A DNA stretch of 64,000 bases from Desulfosoma sp. (GTDB taxonomy: Bacteria > Desulfobacterota > Syntrophobacteria > Syntrophobacterales > DSM-9756), in assembly GCA_037481835.1 (NCBI GenBank), contig JBBFKW010000007.1, positions 116,247-180,246 on the forward strand, in the 5' to 3' direction. A program made the translations under genes and the position numbers. Of this stretch, positions 1-10,444 are shown piece by piece. The notes under the pieces were generated by a model. The model was not told where the DNA came from and did no database searches. It worked only from the letters and a program-made list of their open reading frames with translations. Each line of letters begins with the position of its first letter. The stretch's first letter is position 1.

Positions 1-74
1 CAAGACTTTCCGGCAACCAACGTGGGAAGTCCCGCGGGCTGCAGGACATGGTTCTCCATATGGAAGGGGCGGTT

Positions 75-785
75 CTAAAATTTTCGGTGGATGATCGCCT
101 TTTTCAATTCGGCGATGGCTTCCGTCGGGTTCAACTGCTTGGGGCAGGCTTCCACGCAGTTGAGGATGGTATGGCAGCGCCATGCCCCGTCCCGATCGTT
201 GATGATTTCCAGGCGTTCGTCCGCTCCTTCGTCCCGCGAATCCGCAATGAAGCGCCACGCCTTAAGGAGGGCCGCGGGGCCCAAATAATTGGGGTCGGCC
301 CAGAAACTGGGACAGGACGTGCTGCAGCAGGCACACAGGATGCACTCATAAAGCCCGTCCAGTTTCTTGCGATCTTCGGGGCTCTGCAGCCGTTCCAGGT
401 CCGAGGGGGGCGGCGTTTTCGTGATGAGATACGGCTTCACCAGGTAGTACTTGGCGTAAAAGTCGGTAAAATCCACCACCAGGTCTTTGATCACGGGCAT
501 GGAGGGCAAAGGCTGGACCACGATGGGTTCCTTCAGCTCCTCGATGTGCGTGATGCAGGCCAGCATGTTGACGCCGTTGATGTTCAGCCCGTCGGAGCCA
601 CACACCCCTTCTCGGCAGGATCGGCGATAGGCCAACGTGCCGTCTTGTTCCCAGCGGATTTGGTTCAACCCGTCCAAGACCATCATGCCGGGACGGCGGA
701 GTTCCACGCGGTAGTCCTTGTAATAGGGGCGGCTGTCCTTTTCCGGATCGTATCGAAAGATGGAGAATGTGACCGTCTGCGCCAT
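75..785 (-). CDS. sdhB: Succinate dehydrogenase iron-sulfur subunit
   Basis: RRSCREGVCGSD 2Fe-2S motif, CILCACCSTSCP and CHTILNCVEACP clusters; downstream of sdhA; start taken at MAQTVTF. Confidence 0.96.
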   Translation of the reverse strand: MAQTVTFSIFRYDPEKDSRPYYKDYRVELRRPGMMVLDGLNQIRWEQDGTLAYRRSCREGVCGSDGLNINGVNMLACITHIEELKEPIVVQPLPSMPVIKDLVVDFTDFYAKYYLVKPYLITKTPPPSDLERLQSPEDRKKLDGLYECILCACCSTSCPSFWADPNYLGPAALLKAWRFIADSRDEGADERLEIINDRDGAWRCHTILNCVEACPKQLNPTEAIAELKKAIIHRKF

Positions 786-840
786 CTTGTGCACCTCGTA
801 TGGGAAAATGTCCGTTCCTCCGCGTCGGAAGGTCTTGAGC

Positions 841-2625
841 CTAGTAGACGCGTTCTTTGGGTTCGAACGTGGGCACCGTGAGCGGCTTCATGCGCACCGG
901 CTTATAGTCCAGGCGGATGGTGCCGTCCTCGTCCATGGTGGCCAGGGTGTGTTTGTGCCAGTTCACATCGTCCCGCGTGGGGTAGTCGTCGCGGTAATGA
1001 GCCCCTCGGCTTTCCCGCCGAGCCAGGGCCCCTTCCACGATGGCTTTGGAAAAATCGAGCATATGGCCCAGTTCCAAGGTTTCGATGAGATCCAGGTTAA
1101 AAGCCAGACCCTTGTCCGCAATGCCCACCTTCTTGAAGCGATCGCACAGTTTCTGCAAGATGCCCCTTTGGGTGACCAGGGTTTCTTCAGTGCGGAACAC
1201 GCCGCAGTTGAACTCCATGGTCTCTTTGAGCTCGTCCCAAATGGCCCCCATGCGCTCCGGACCGTTGCCGTTGAGGAGGTTTTTGACTTCCTCGATGCCC
1301 TTGCGGCCGGGATTTTCCGGCAGCGGCACGTGTTCCGGAAGGGATTCGGCGAATTCCGCCATGCGCTTTCCGCCCACCTTCCCGAAGACCATGATGTCGA
1401 GCAACGAATTGGAACCCAAGCGGTTGGCGCCGTGCACGGACGCGCACGCCGCTTCTCCCGCGGCGTAAAAACCCTTGACCGGCTCCTCCGGCTTGTCCAT
1501 CCCCCCGACGACCACTTCGGCGTACCGGTTCGTGGGGATGCCGCCCATGGAGTAATGGGCCGTGGGCGTGACCGGAATGGGTTCCTTGGTGCAGTCCACG
1601 TGGGCGAACACATAGGCGAGCTCCCAAATTCCCGGCAACCGCTCATGAATGAGGTCCGCCCCGATATGGTCCAGCTTAAGCAGGATATAATCGCCCTTGG
1701 GACCGCAGCCGCGCCCCTGGCGCATTTCTTCGGCCATGGCCCGGGAAACCACGTCGCGCGATGCCAAGTCCCACACGGTGGGCGCGTAGCGCTTCATGAA
1801 GCGTTCGCCGTCCTTATTGAGCAGATAGCCGCCCTCACCGCGCACACCTTCGGTGATCAAGTTGCCGACCCCGTAGATCCCCGTCGGGTGGAACTGGACG
1901 AATTCCAGATCCTCCACGGGAAGCCCCGCGCGCAGGGTCAAGGACAGCCCGTCCCCCGTATTGATGTGGGCGTTGGAGTTGGTTTTGTAGACGCGGATAT
2001 AGCCGCCGGTGGCGAACAGCGTGGCTTTGGCGTGGAAAATGTGGAAGCCCCCGTTGGCGATGTCCCAGGCCAGCACACCCACCACGTGGCCTTCGTTCAT
2101 GAGCAGTTCCAAAGCGAAAAATTCATTATAAAAGATAACGTGGTTTTTCACACACTGTTCGTAGAGCGTGTGGAGCATGGCATGTCCGGTGCGGTCCGCC
2201 GCGGCGCAGGTGCGGCAGATGGCTTCCTTGCCGAAGTTCTTGGTGTGCCCGCCGAACCGGCGCTGGAAGATCTTTCCGTCCTGAAGGCGGCTGAAGGGCA
2301 TGCCCATGTGTTCCAGTTCGATGACCACTTCCGGAGCCATCCGGCACATGAGCTCAATGGCGTCTTGGTCGCCCAGGTAGTCGCTTCCTTTGATGGTGTC
2401 GAACATGTGCCAGACCCAATCGTCCGGCTCCACGTTGCTTAGGGACGCCGCCACCCCGCCCTGGGCCGCCACCGTGTGGGATCGCGTCGGAAACACCTGA
2501 CTGATCACCGCCGTATCGACGGACTTGGAAGCTTCCAGGGCCGCTCGAAGTCCCGCGCCCCCGGCGCCGACGATCAGAGCGTCGTGCTTATGAACTATGA
2601 CTGGAATATCTCCCATGGTCGACAT
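841..2625 (-). CDS. sdhA: Succinate dehydrogenase flavoprotein subunit
   Basis: GAGGAG FAD loop, [10 protein letters not shown] covalent-FAD His, [29 protein letters not shown]; start at 2625 or 2616. Confidence 0.97.
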   Translation of the reverse strand: MSTMGDIPVIVHKHDALIVGAGGAGLRAALEASKSVDTAVISQVFPTRSHTVAAQGGVAASLSNVEPDDWVWHMFDTIKGSDYLGDQDAIELMCRMAPEVVIELEHMGMPFSRLQDGKIFQRRFGGHTKNFGKEAICRTCAAADRTGHAMLHTLYEQCVKNHVIFYNEFFALELLMNEGHVVGVLAWDIANGGFHIFHAKATLFATGGYIRVYKTNSNAHINTGDGLSLTLRAGLPVEDLEFVQFHPTGIYGVGNLITEGVRGEGGYLLNKDGERFMKRYAPTVWDLASRDVVSRAMAEEMRQGRGCGPKGDYILLKLDHIGADLIHERLPGIWELAYVFAHVDCTKEPIPVTPTAHYSMGGIPTNRYAEVVVGGMDKPEEPVKGFYAAGEAACASVHGANRLGSNSLLDIMVFGKVGGKRMAEFAESLPEHVPLPENPGRKGIEEVKNLLNGNGPERMGAIWDELKETMEFNCGVFRTEETLVTQRGILQKLCDRFKKVGIADKGLAFNLDLIETLELGHMLDFSKAIVEGALARRESRGAHYRDDYPTRDDVNWHKHTLATMDEDGTIRLDYKPVRMKPLTVPTFEPKERVY

Positions 2626-2638
2626 CGCTCCTTTGCTG

Positions 2639-3004
2639 CTAGGCTTGCACTTTGAGAGTGACGATGGTGAGGACGCCCAACCCGAAAAATCCGATGGCCA
2701 CAACCCACAGAGCCCCCACGAGGACCGCCCGCACGCCGGGCGTGTGCACATAGTCGTCGATGATCATCTTGAAGCCGTTCATGGCGTGATAGACGGCGAA
2801 AATGAGGAAGGCGATGTCCAGCGCTTTCCACGCGGGGGACACCATGCGCGCCATGACCTTTTGATAGGTGACGGGGCCTTCCGTGGCGTAATGCAGCACC
2901 CAGAAATGAAGAAACAGGGTGATCAACAAGGCGATGCCCGATACGCGCTGAAAAAACCAATCGAAAGCCCCGGACCGGCCGGATCCGAAATATTTGCCCA
3001 ACAT
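2639..3004 (-). CDS. sdhD: Succinate dehydrogenase hydrophobic membrane anchor
   Basis: WFFQRVSG, three TM helices, HAMNG..IIDDY motif. Confidence 0.92.
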   Translation of the reverse strand: MLGKYFGSGRSGAFDWFFQRVSGIALLITLFLHFWVLHYATEGPVTYQKVMARMVSPAWKALDIAFLIFAVYHAMNGFKMIIDDYVHTPGVRAVLVGALWVVAIGFFGLGVLTIVTLKVQA

Positions 3005-3019
3005 AGTGTGTGCCTCCTC

Positions 3020-3406
3020 TTAAAGACCGAACGCCAGCCGAAGCATGGGGACCGCCCCGGCTCCGACCAAAACGGCTGAGACGGCCAACACGGCGTAGAC
3101 CACCTTGCGCATGATGTCCCGCTTGGCCAGGTTGCCGTAGTCGATGAAAACCACTCGGAGCCCGTTCAACCCGTGGTAGACCACCGTCGCCAGAAGGCCG
3201 ATTTCCATAAGGTGGAAAAACGGCGACTGCACGACGGCCATCACCTCATTGAAGGCTTCTTCTCCCTGAGACAGATGATGGATCACCCAAATGTGCAAAA
3301 AGAGGTAGACTCCCAGGAGGATCCCCGTGGCACGGTGGAGGATCCAAGCCAGGTAGCCCGGGTGGAGCTTGTAGCGGACCTTGGGTTGAAACACGACTTT
3401 CTTCAT
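3020..3406 (-). CDS. sdhC: Succinate dehydrogenase cytochrome b556 subunit
   Basis: ILHRATG and YHGLNGLR motifs, three TM helices; GGAGG RBS before ATG at 3406. Confidence 0.92.
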   Translation of the reverse strand: MKKVVFQPKVRYKLHPGYLAWILHRATGILLGVYLFLHIWVIHHLSQGEEAFNEVMAVVQSPFFHLMEIGLLATVVYHGLNGLRVVFIDYGNLAKRDIMRKVVYAVLAVSAVLVGAGAVPMLRLAFGL

Positions 3407-3497
3407 GAAAACCCTCCTCCTGATGACGGGATACTGCCCCACCCCCGCACTCTCGGCCTCGGCGAAAGAGAGCGGCGAGGGGCCCGCTTGATGATCC

Positions 3498-4061
3498 TCA
3501 AGCCGTTCGGGCGTAGCGCCGCACCCCTTCTTGGTAAAGATCCCCGCCGTGGACGTCGTTTGCCACGATTACCGGAAAATCCTTGACTTCCAAGCGCCGG
3601 ACCGCTTCCGGGCCCAGTTCCGGATAGGCGATGACCTCCGCTGAAAGAATGCTTCGAGCCATCAAGGCGCCGGCTCCCCCGATGGCGGCGAAATAAACAG
3701 CCTTGTGCCGGCGCATGGCATCCTTGACCGCGTCGCTGCGGGCGCCCTTACCGATCATTCCTCGAAGTCCGTGGCGGATGAGCAGCGGCGCATAGGCGTC
3801 CATGCGGTAGCTCGTGGTGGGACCCGCCGCGCCGACGGGCCGGCCGGGCTGCGCCGGAGACGGTCCCACATAGTAGATAACCTGCCCCGAAAGATCGAAG
3901 GGTAAAGGCTGCCCCTTTTCCAGCAGTTCCACGAGGCGCTTGTGGGCGGCGTCCCGCGCCGTATACAAGACGCCGTTCAACAACACGCGGTCACCGATCT
4001 TGAGCGCCGTCACGTCCTGTTCGCTCAAAGGGGTCTGCAATACGATGGCATCCGGCATCAT
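3498..4061 (-). CDS. Fe-S hydro-lyase (class I fumarate hydratase / tartrate dehydratase) beta subunit
   Basis: TARDAAHKRL, GPTTSYRMD, MIGKG motifs; upstream of sdh operon. Confidence 0.92.
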   Translation of the reverse strand: MMPDAIVLQTPLSEQDVTALKIGDRVLLNGVLYTARDAAHKRLVELLEKGQPLPFDLSGQVIYYVGPSPAQPGRPVGAAGPTTSYRMDAYAPLLIRHGLRGMIGKGARSDAVKDAMRRHKAVYFAAIGGAGALMARSILSAEVIAYPELGPEAVRRLEVKDFPVIVANDVHGGDLYQEGVRRYARTA

Positions 4062-4128
4062 GGAGAAACTCCTCCGGGCCGCCGCATGGCAGCCCACGAT
4101 TTGGGGCGCAGCTCTGCTGAGCCCCGCC

Positions 4129-4968
4129 TTACAATGAGGCTTCCTTGTGGCGCGCCGCATGGCATTGGATGTTCACGGCCACCGGAAGACTCGCGATGTG
4201 ACACGGCATCATCAGAATGTGCACGGCAAGGGAAGTGATGCGACCTCCCAATCCCTGAGGGCCGATTCCCAGGCGGTTTATGGCTTCCAGCCAGTCCGCC
4301 TCCAAAGCCCCGAGCTCGGGGTCGGGATTGGGACTGCCCAGAGGGCGCAGGAGCGCCTTTTTGGCCAAAAGGGCCGCCTGTTCGAAGGTGCCCCCGATCC
4401 CGACACCCACGATGGTCGGCGGGCATGGGTTGGGCCCGGATTCCTTGACCCGCTGCACGACGAAGTCCTTCACTCCTTGAATGCCCACGGCAGGAGTGAG
4501 CATGGTCACGCGGCTCATGTTTTCGCTTCCGCCCCCTTTGGGCGCCAGGATCAGGCGGAAATGGTCGCCCGGCTGCACATCGATGTGGATAATGGCCGGG
4601 GTGTTGTCGCCCGTATTTTGGCGGGTAAAGGGGTGGCAAATGCTTTTTCTCAGGTAGCCGTCCCGATAGCCTTGCCGGACGCCCTCTTCGACGGCCTCCC
4701 GCAGGGATCCGCCCTCGATGTGCACGTCTTGGCCCATGTCCACGAACACCACGGCGAAGCCGGTATCCTGGCACATGGGAATTTTTTCGGCGCGGGCGAT
4801 CTCGGCATTTTCGATGAGGCGTTTCAGGATGTCACGGCCTGTGGGGGACTCTTCCTTCTCCAAAGCCGCTTCGAAGGCGCGTAGGACGTCGTCGCCGAGT
4901 TCTGTATTGGCCCGGATGGCCAGGTCTCGAATGGTGCGGACGATGTCATCCACGTGGACGGAACGCAT
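4129..4968 (-). CDS. Fe-S hydro-lyase (class I fumarate hydratase) alpha subunit
   Basis: PMCQDTG, KGGGSEN, NPCPP, HIASLPVAVNIQCHAAR motifs. Confidence 0.93.
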   Translation of the reverse strand: MRSVHVDDIVRTIRDLAIRANTELGDDVLRAFEAALEKEESPTGRDILKRLIENAEIARAEKIPMCQDTGFAVVFVDMGQDVHIEGGSLREAVEEGVRQGYRDGYLRKSICHPFTRQNTGDNTPAIIHIDVQPGDHFRLILAPKGGGSENMSRVTMLTPAVGIQGVKDFVVQRVKESGPNPCPPTIVGVGIGGTFEQAALLAKKALLRPLGSPNPDPELGALEADWLEAINRLGIGPQGLGGRITSLAVHILMMPCHIASLPVAVNIQCHAARHKEASL

Positions 4969-5273
4969 GGATCCTCCTTTGTGCCGGCAGAGGTCCGAGG
5001 GAATGGGGTTTTGGATAGCGAGTCCCGGAGAGAAGTCGTCGGGGGAACAACTGGGTTTGGAGGGTTCCCGAGCCGCCGGAGGGCTCGAGTCGGCACTGCT
5101 CGTTCATGGAAGGCGGTCTCCCAGAAAAACACACAGCGCTCTCACAGATTCGCACGCGAAGCCACAGCCGTTGTCGATGGAAACTCTCGCGGGAGATCCT
5201 TGACCGTCACAACGGCTTCTAATCCAAAGCCATTACGGTGTCAATCGTTTCTCCGGCTCCCATCCAAGAAAGC

Positions 5274-6608
5274 TTACCCGACCATTTTTTGAGGGAGAAA
5301 CAAGACGATGTGCGGGAAGAGGGTCACGAGGACGACCGCTAAAATCATGATGAGAAAAAAGGGAAAGGTGGCCTTGAGAATGAAGCCCACGTCTCGGCGG
5401 CTCATGGACTGCAGCACGAAAATGCTGAAGCCCACGGGCGGCGTGATCTGGGACAGTTCCACCATGAAAACCAAAAAGATGCCGAACCACAACGGCGAAA
5501 AGCCCGCATGGAGCACCATGGGCAGGACGATGGGAAGGGTCATGACCACAAGGGAGATGCCGTCCAGGAGCATGCCGAGGAACAGATACATGAGGCCCAA
5601 GATGAAAATGAGCATGTAAGGCGACAAGTTGAGTTGGGCGATGAATCGGCTCACGGCCGTCGTGATCCCGAGAAAGCCCACGACCTGGCTCAAAAAGGCC
5701 GCCCCGACGATGATGAAGGTGATCATCGTCGACGTCCTCACGGCGCTCAAGACGGCGTCTTTGAAGACGGCCGCGGTCATGGTTCGAAAAAGCACCCCCA
5801 GGACGAAGGCGCCTAATACCCCGATGGCCGCTGCTTCCGTGGGCGTGGTGTAACCCAGGTAAATGCCGCCGAGGACGGCGGCGATCAAAGAAAACACCGG
5901 GGCCAAATCGGCCAAGGATCGGAGGCGTTGGGACCACGTGAAGGATTCCTCGCCGGGAGGGACGATGTTCGGCCTCATGAGCGCCAAGATCATGATGTAG
6001 AGCGAATAACAGCCCGCCAGGAGCAATCCCGGCAAGATCCCGCCTATAAAGAGCTGCCCGATGGAGGTGTCGGACAGGATGCCGTAAATGATCATGATCA
6101 GGCTGGGAGGAATCATGAATCCCAAAGTTCCCGCTCCGGCCAGGGATCCCAAGGCTACGGATTCGCTGTACCCGCGCTTGGACAATTCATCCAGGGTGAT
6201 TTTGCCGACGGTGGCCGTCGTGGCGGCGCTGGATCCGGAGACGGCCGCAAAGAGGGAACAGGCGAAAACGTTAATGTGCAGGAGCCTTCCCGGGATGCGG
6301 TTCAGCCAAGGGACGAGGCCGTTGAAAAGTTTGTCCGAGATGGCCGTCCTGTGAAGCAGTTCGCCCATGAAGACAAAGAGGGGCAAAGCCGTCAGTGACC
6401 AGGAGTTCACGCTGTTCCACATGGAATTGACGAGCAGGTTCCCGATCTTGGTCCACACGGAAAAGCCAGGGGGAAGGTTCAAGTCGGCAAGGAGCATGCC
6501 GGCGATGGCGGCGGCCATCAGGGAAAAGCCGATCCACAAGCCCGAAAGCAGAAAGAAAAACATGATGGAAAAAAGGGCTATGGAAAGGAGCAAAGGATCA
6601 GCGATCAT
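5274..6608 (-). CDS. dctM: TRAP transporter large permease (DctM)
   Basis: LPLFVFMGELL, FAAVSGSSAAT, IPPS, ITPPVG motifs; ~12 TM. Confidence 0.95.
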   Translation of the reverse strand: MIADPLLLSIALFSIMFFFLLSGLWIGFSLMAAAIAGMLLADLNLPPGFSVWTKIGNLLVNSMWNSVNSWSLTALPLFVFMGELLHRTAISDKLFNGLVPWLNRIPGRLLHINVFACSLFAAVSGSSAATTATVGKITLDELSKRGYSESVALGSLAGAGTLGFMIPPSLIMIIYGILSDTSIGQLFIGGILPGLLLAGCYSLYIMILALMRPNIVPPGEESFTWSQRLRSLADLAPVFSLIAAVLGGIYLGYTTPTEAAAIGVLGAFVLGVLFRTMTAAVFKDAVLSAVRTSTMITFIIVGAAFLSQVVGFLGITTAVSRFIAQLNLSPYMLIFILGLMYLFLGMLLDGISLVVMTLPIVLPMVLHAGFSPLWFGIFLVFMVELSQITPPVGFSIFVLQSMSRRDVGFILKATFPFFLIMILAVVLVTLFPHIVLFLPQKMVG

Positions 6609-6653
6609 GAACGCGGTTCTCCAAAAGAAGCCGTATGATGAGAATGCGGTGCC

Positions 6654-7157
6654 TCACCTGTGGGAACGCATGGCGAGGAATCGGGACACCGCCGTCGCGC
6701 CGTGGGCGACGAGCTGTGCCATGAACACGATCAACCCGAGAGGGATGGCCGATTGGGGGATCCACATGGGCGTTTGTGATGGGGTTTCCGACACCATGCC
6801 AAGGCTGTGGGCTTCCTTGACCAAGGAAAGGGAAAAGGCGAGGGCGAACCCGGTCAAGGCCAAGGCGGTGGCTGTGACAAGGGCGTCCAGGACGTGGCGT
6901 GTCCGTTCACGCAATCGGGACGTGACGACTTTCACGCGAATGTGGCCGTCCGTTCCAAGGGTATGCCCGAGGCCGAAAAAGACGAGCACCACGTAAAGGT
7001 AGGCGCTGTATTCGTCGGTGATCATGGTGGAGGTGTTAAACAGGGATCTCAGGAACACCTCGAGAAGGATGAGCAAGACAATGAGAAGCATGGCCACCGA
7101 AGAACACAGGGCCGCCTTCTCGGACAAAAATTGTGCGAATCGGATGAGTTTTTCCAT
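6654..7157 (-). CDS. dctQ: TRAP transporter small permease (DctQ)
   Basis: Four TM helices, GHIRV motif, lies between dctP and dctM. Confidence 0.9.
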   Translation of the reverse strand: MEKLIRFAQFLSEKAALCSSVAMLLIVLLILLEVFLRSLFNTSTMITDEYSAYLYVVLVFFGLGHTLGTDGHIRVKVVTSRLRERTRHVLDALVTATALALTGFALAFSLSLVKEAHSLGMVSETPSQTPMWIPQSAIPLGLIVFMAQLVAHGATAVSRFLAMRSHR

Positions 7158-7269
7158 ATTTTCAAAGCATGCCATGGAATAGGCGGGGTCGCCCGTTTTC
7201 GGGCAACCCCACGGCCTGCTTCATTGGGACCGAAAACCTCTGGGGACAAAAAGGTCCCCGGCCGTGCCG

Positions 7270-8256
7270 TTATTTCTTTTTCCTGAAACTTTCCACCACG
7301 GCGGCCACGTCCGGTCCGGCATCGGCAAGAAAACCCTTGATGATGGCATCCGCCGCCTGATCCAGTTCCGCGGCCAAGGCGGCGTCGGCCTCTCCGATAA
7401 CCATGCCGTTTTCCGCGATGGCTTTGAGAGACTCTTCATTGTCGGCGGCGGACTTCTTCCACTGCATCTCCTGGACTTCCTTGGCCGCCTTTTCCATGGC
7501 GGCCTTCTGGTCGGGTTTTAGCGCCTTCCAGTAGTCCAGGTTGATGACGACCATGTTGAGCGGGTAGGCGTAGTCGATTTTTTTGTAGTATTTGAGAACT
7601 TCCCAAAGCTTTGCGTCACGCCCCGAAACAGCCGAGGTGAGCACCGAATCGATCATACCCGTGCGAAGGGCCGCGTACACTTCCCCCCAAGGCAGGGACA
7701 CGGGGCTTCCCCCCAGGTTGGCCAGGAAATCCGCGCCGTTTTTGTCATAGGTTCTGGTCTTGAGTCCCTTGATGTCGGCGGCCGTCTTCACTTCTTTCGT
7801 CGTGAACAATCCGCTGGGAGGCCACGGGACCACGTAAAGGATCTTCTGGTTCCATTTCGCCGCAGCCTTGTCGTAAAGCTCCTTGCACGCTTCATAAAGC
7901 TTCCAGGCCTCGTCGTACGAGGTCACCATGCGGGGCAGGGAACTGATTCCGAAGGCCTTCTCACTCCCTTGGACGACCCCCATGAGGATGTCCGACATGG
8001 GCACCGTGCCGTCCTTGACCGTCTTGAGCAGCTCCGGCCCTTTGAACCCTAGGGCCCCCCCGGGATGGACGGCGATGTCCACGGTCCCGCCGGTGTACTC
8101 CTTGACGCGTTTGGCGAATTCCTCGGCGCCTTGGGAGTGAAAATTGGTCGCCGGGTAGATGGCGTTGAGGTTCATTTTGACGACGTCGGCGGCCGAAGCG
8201 GGCCGGGCTGCAAAGAGACTTAAGAACAGAAACAGGACGAGTGATTTTCGAACCAT
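7270..8256 (-). CDS. dctP: TRAP transporter substrate-binding protein (DctP), probably 5-oxoproline-binding
   Basis: Signal peptide MVRKSLVL...ASAA; HPGGALG, DIKGLKTR, WGEVYAALRTG motifs; downstream of pxp genes. Confidence 0.92.
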   Translation of the reverse strand: MVRKSLVLFLFLSLFAARPASAADVVKMNLNAIYPATNFHSQGAEEFAKRVKEYTGGTVDIAVHPGGALGFKGPELLKTVKDGTVPMSDILMGVVQGSEKAFGISSLPRMVTSYDEAWKLYEACKELYDKAAAKWNQKILYVVPWPPSGLFTTKEVKTAADIKGLKTRTYDKNGADFLANLGGSPVSLPWGEVYAALRTGMIDSVLTSAVSGRDAKLWEVLKYYKKIDYAYPLNMVVINLDYWKALKPDQKAAMEKAAKEVQEMQWKKSAADNEESLKAIAENGMVIGEADAALAAELDQAADAIIKGFLADAGPDVAAVVESFRKKK

Positions 8257-8308
8257 GGGTATCCTCCGTGTTTGGGGTGAAACCAAGAGCCCTTGGCGGG
8301 CCGCCTTG

Positions 8309-8426
8309 GAGCCTGTCTGAGAACGAACCCGAAGGCCTCTTGTCCTGGGAGCGCGGGCCTCCGGCCCGCACGAGAAGCGGGCGAGACGCCCGTGCTCCCA
8401 GGAATATGCCATTCTCGGACAGGCTC
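8309..8426. mobile_element. 118-bp MITE with 15-bp TIRs and 4-bp target duplication
   Basis: GAGCCTGTCTGAGAA (8309-8323) / TTCTCGGACAGGCTC (8412-8426), one mismatch; CTTG on both flanks (8305-8308, 8427-8430); internal inverted repeat 8343-8403. Confidence 0.8.
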
Positions 8427-8565
8427 CTTGGATAAACGTCCGAACCGACTCATCGAACGGCCGTTTTCCCGTTTGGGTGTCCGTTGGGCTCGGGGGCTTG
8501 AGGCTTCGACGTACCTCTTTTCTGATCCCGTCCCGGCGCGCTGACGGGGAGCGGCCGCGATCGTT

Positions 8566-8596
8566 GTTGGGGTTCGCTGCGCTCACCCCAACCTAC
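8566..8596 (-). repeat. GTAG-type REP element
   Basis: Reverse complement GTAGGTTGGGGTGAGCGCAGCGAACCCCAAC: GTAG foot plus palindrome; near-identical copies at 33223 and 33284. Confidence 0.85.
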
Positions 8597-8697
8597 AGGT
8601 TCTAAGGGTTCGTGAGGATTGCCCGGGGCGGCCATCGCTCCGTGTTTCGCACACGATTCGGGCGAAGAGCAAGAAAAAGATGAGGCCCGTGAACTTT

Positions 8698-9486
8698 TCA
8701 GGCCGTTCCCCGGCGCTGGGCTTCGAGCACGCGGCGAAGGGGGACCACCGCGATACCGGAACTTTCCAAAGCTTCGCGGATGGCCGCCGCCACGTGGGCC
8801 GCCCCCGGCGTGTCCCCGTGCACGCACAAGGTGTCCGCCTCCATGGGTACGTCCCGACCCGTGATGGATCGGACCGTTTTTTCCCGCACCAGCCGAAGGA
8901 CGCGTTCGCGGACCGTCTGCGGGTCGTGGATGACGGCGCCGGGCATGGAACGCGGCGCCAGAGCTCCTGAATCCGAATAGGCCCGATCCGGAAAGAACTC
9001 CCGGGCGACCACGAGCCCCGCTTGCACGGCCGTGCGAGCCAGCGGGCTTTGGGGCAGCGTGACCAGAATGAGCGTCGGATCGAATGCCTTCACGGCCTCA
9101 CACACCTCAAGGGCCAGCCGTTCGTCGAAAGCCGCCATGTTATAAAGGGCGCCGTGGAGTTTTACATGCTGCAGGGATGTCCTGTAGGCGCGAGCCAGAC
9201 CGGCCAGGGCCCCCAATTGGTACAGCAGGTAGTGCTTCACTTCACCGGGAAAGGTTTCCAGAGCGCGACGGCCGAATCCCATGAGATCCGGAAAGCCGGG
9301 ATGGGCGCCCACGGCCACGCCGTGATCCATGGCGAGCCGGATGGTCTTCCCCATGACCACGGGATCCCCGGCGTGGTAGCCGCAGGCGATGTTGGCCGAG
9401 GTGACGGCCTTGATGACCGCCGGATCGTTCCCCAGGGTGTAAGCGCCGAAGCTTTCCCCCATATCGCAGTTGATGTCGATCATCAT
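8698..9486 (-). CDS. pxpA: 5-oxoprolinase subunit A (LamB/YcsF family)
   Basis: DINCDMGESFG, SANIACGYHAGD, GAHPGFPD, HVKLHGALYN, TLCVHGD motifs. Confidence 0.95.
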   Translation of the reverse strand: MMIDINCDMGESFGAYTLGNDPAVIKAVTSANIACGYHAGDPVVMGKTIRLAMDHGVAVGAHPGFPDLMGFGRRALETFPGEVKHYLLYQLGALAGLARAYRTSLQHVKLHGALYNMAAFDERLALEVCEAVKAFDPTLILVTLPQSPLARTAVQAGLVVAREFFPDRAYSDSGALAPRSMPGAVIHDPQTVRERVLRLVREKTVRSITGRDVPMEADTLCVHGDTPGAAHVAAAIREALESSGIAVVPLRRVLEAQRRGTA

Positions 9487-9490
9487 GGGC

Positions 9491-10444
9491 TCATGGGCCT
9501 CCCTGCCGAAGAAGGTGGAAAAATCGACGGATCTTGTACCCCCGCTTCAAGTGGGCTTCTCGGGCTTCCAAAAGGTCGACGGCCTGGAATCGGAGCGAGC
9601 GGCCCGGCGCGGTTTGGACCAAAAGCGGCAGGTCCAAGGAAAGGACCGTGGCGATTTTGGCGTACCCGCCCGTGGTGGGACAATCTGCCAAGAGCACGAA
9701 AGGAAGGCCTTCTCCGGGGACTTGGACGGCCCCGAAAGCCAAGCCTTCGGAAACAATGTCGGCTGCTCCGCGGTGTTTAAGCCGAGGTCCGTCGAGCATC
9801 ATGCCCATGCGATCGCTTCGTGTTGTGACGCGATAAGGGGCGCTGAAAAAAGCATCGAAGGCCTCGGGGCAGAAGGCTTCCGCCTGCGGCCCGGGAACCG
9901 CGCGGACTGTGGGATGGGCGGCATACGGCGGGCGCAGACTTTCCGGAATGCGTCCCGACGGCTTCTGCGGCCCGCCGGGATCCGTTTCCAGAACATCTCC
10001 CGGGCGCAAAGTCCGCCCCTCCAAGCCTCCGAAATGCCCTCGAAGATACGTGGACCGGCTCCCCAGCACAAAAGGGACGTGGATCCCTCCGGCAAGGCAC
10101 AGGTAATGCCACAGTCCCAAGCTTCCCGCATCGATGGAGAGCACATCGCCGGCTTGGGCGGTGTGGGACGTCCAGAGATCGATGCCCCGGCCGTTAAGGC
10201 GCACTTCGGGGTCAAAGCCGGTGACGGCGAAAAAGGCTTCTTTCAGGAAGCGGGCTCGAAAGCCGCCCGAAAAGATTTCCAAAGCGGCGGCTCTGGCGTT
10301 GTTCCCCAAAAGTCTATTGCCCAATTCCAAGGCCGCCCGGTCCATGGCCCCCGAGACGGGAACCCCCTTGTCCTGGAAGCCGTAACGCCCCGCGTCCTGC
10401 ACGGTGGTGAGAGGTCCGGATGCTTCAATGGCTAAGGTTTTCAT
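9491..10444 (-). CDS. pxpC: 5-oxoprolinase subunit C (KipA/AHS2 family)
   Basis: TTVQDAGR, GVPVSGAMD, VLGSRST, SDRMG, TTGGYAKI motifs. Confidence 0.93.
   Translation of the reverse strand: MKTLAIEASGPLTTVQDAGRYGFQDKGVPVSGAMDRAALELGNRLLGNNARAAALEIFSGGFRARFLKEAFFAVTGFDPEVRLNGRGIDLWTSHTAQAGDVLSIDAGSLGLWHYLCLAGGIHVPFVLGSRSTYLRGHFGGLEGRTLRPGDVLETDPGGPQKPSGRIPESLRPPYAAHPTVRAVPGPQAEAFCPEAFDAFFSAPYRVTTRSDRMGMMLDGPRLKHRGAADIVSEGLAFGAVQVPGEGLPFVLLADCPTTGGYAKIATVLSLDLPLLVQTAPGRSLRFQAVDLLEAREAHLKRGYKIRRFFHLLRQGGP

Noticed and set aside
48..2442. Long plus-strand ORFs antisense to sdhB/sdhA (similarly 11913-13814, 15066-16610, 25350-26828, 28386-29792, 45736-47145)
   Set aside because: Shadow ORFs from high-GC codon bias opposite motif-supported genes; no family motifs
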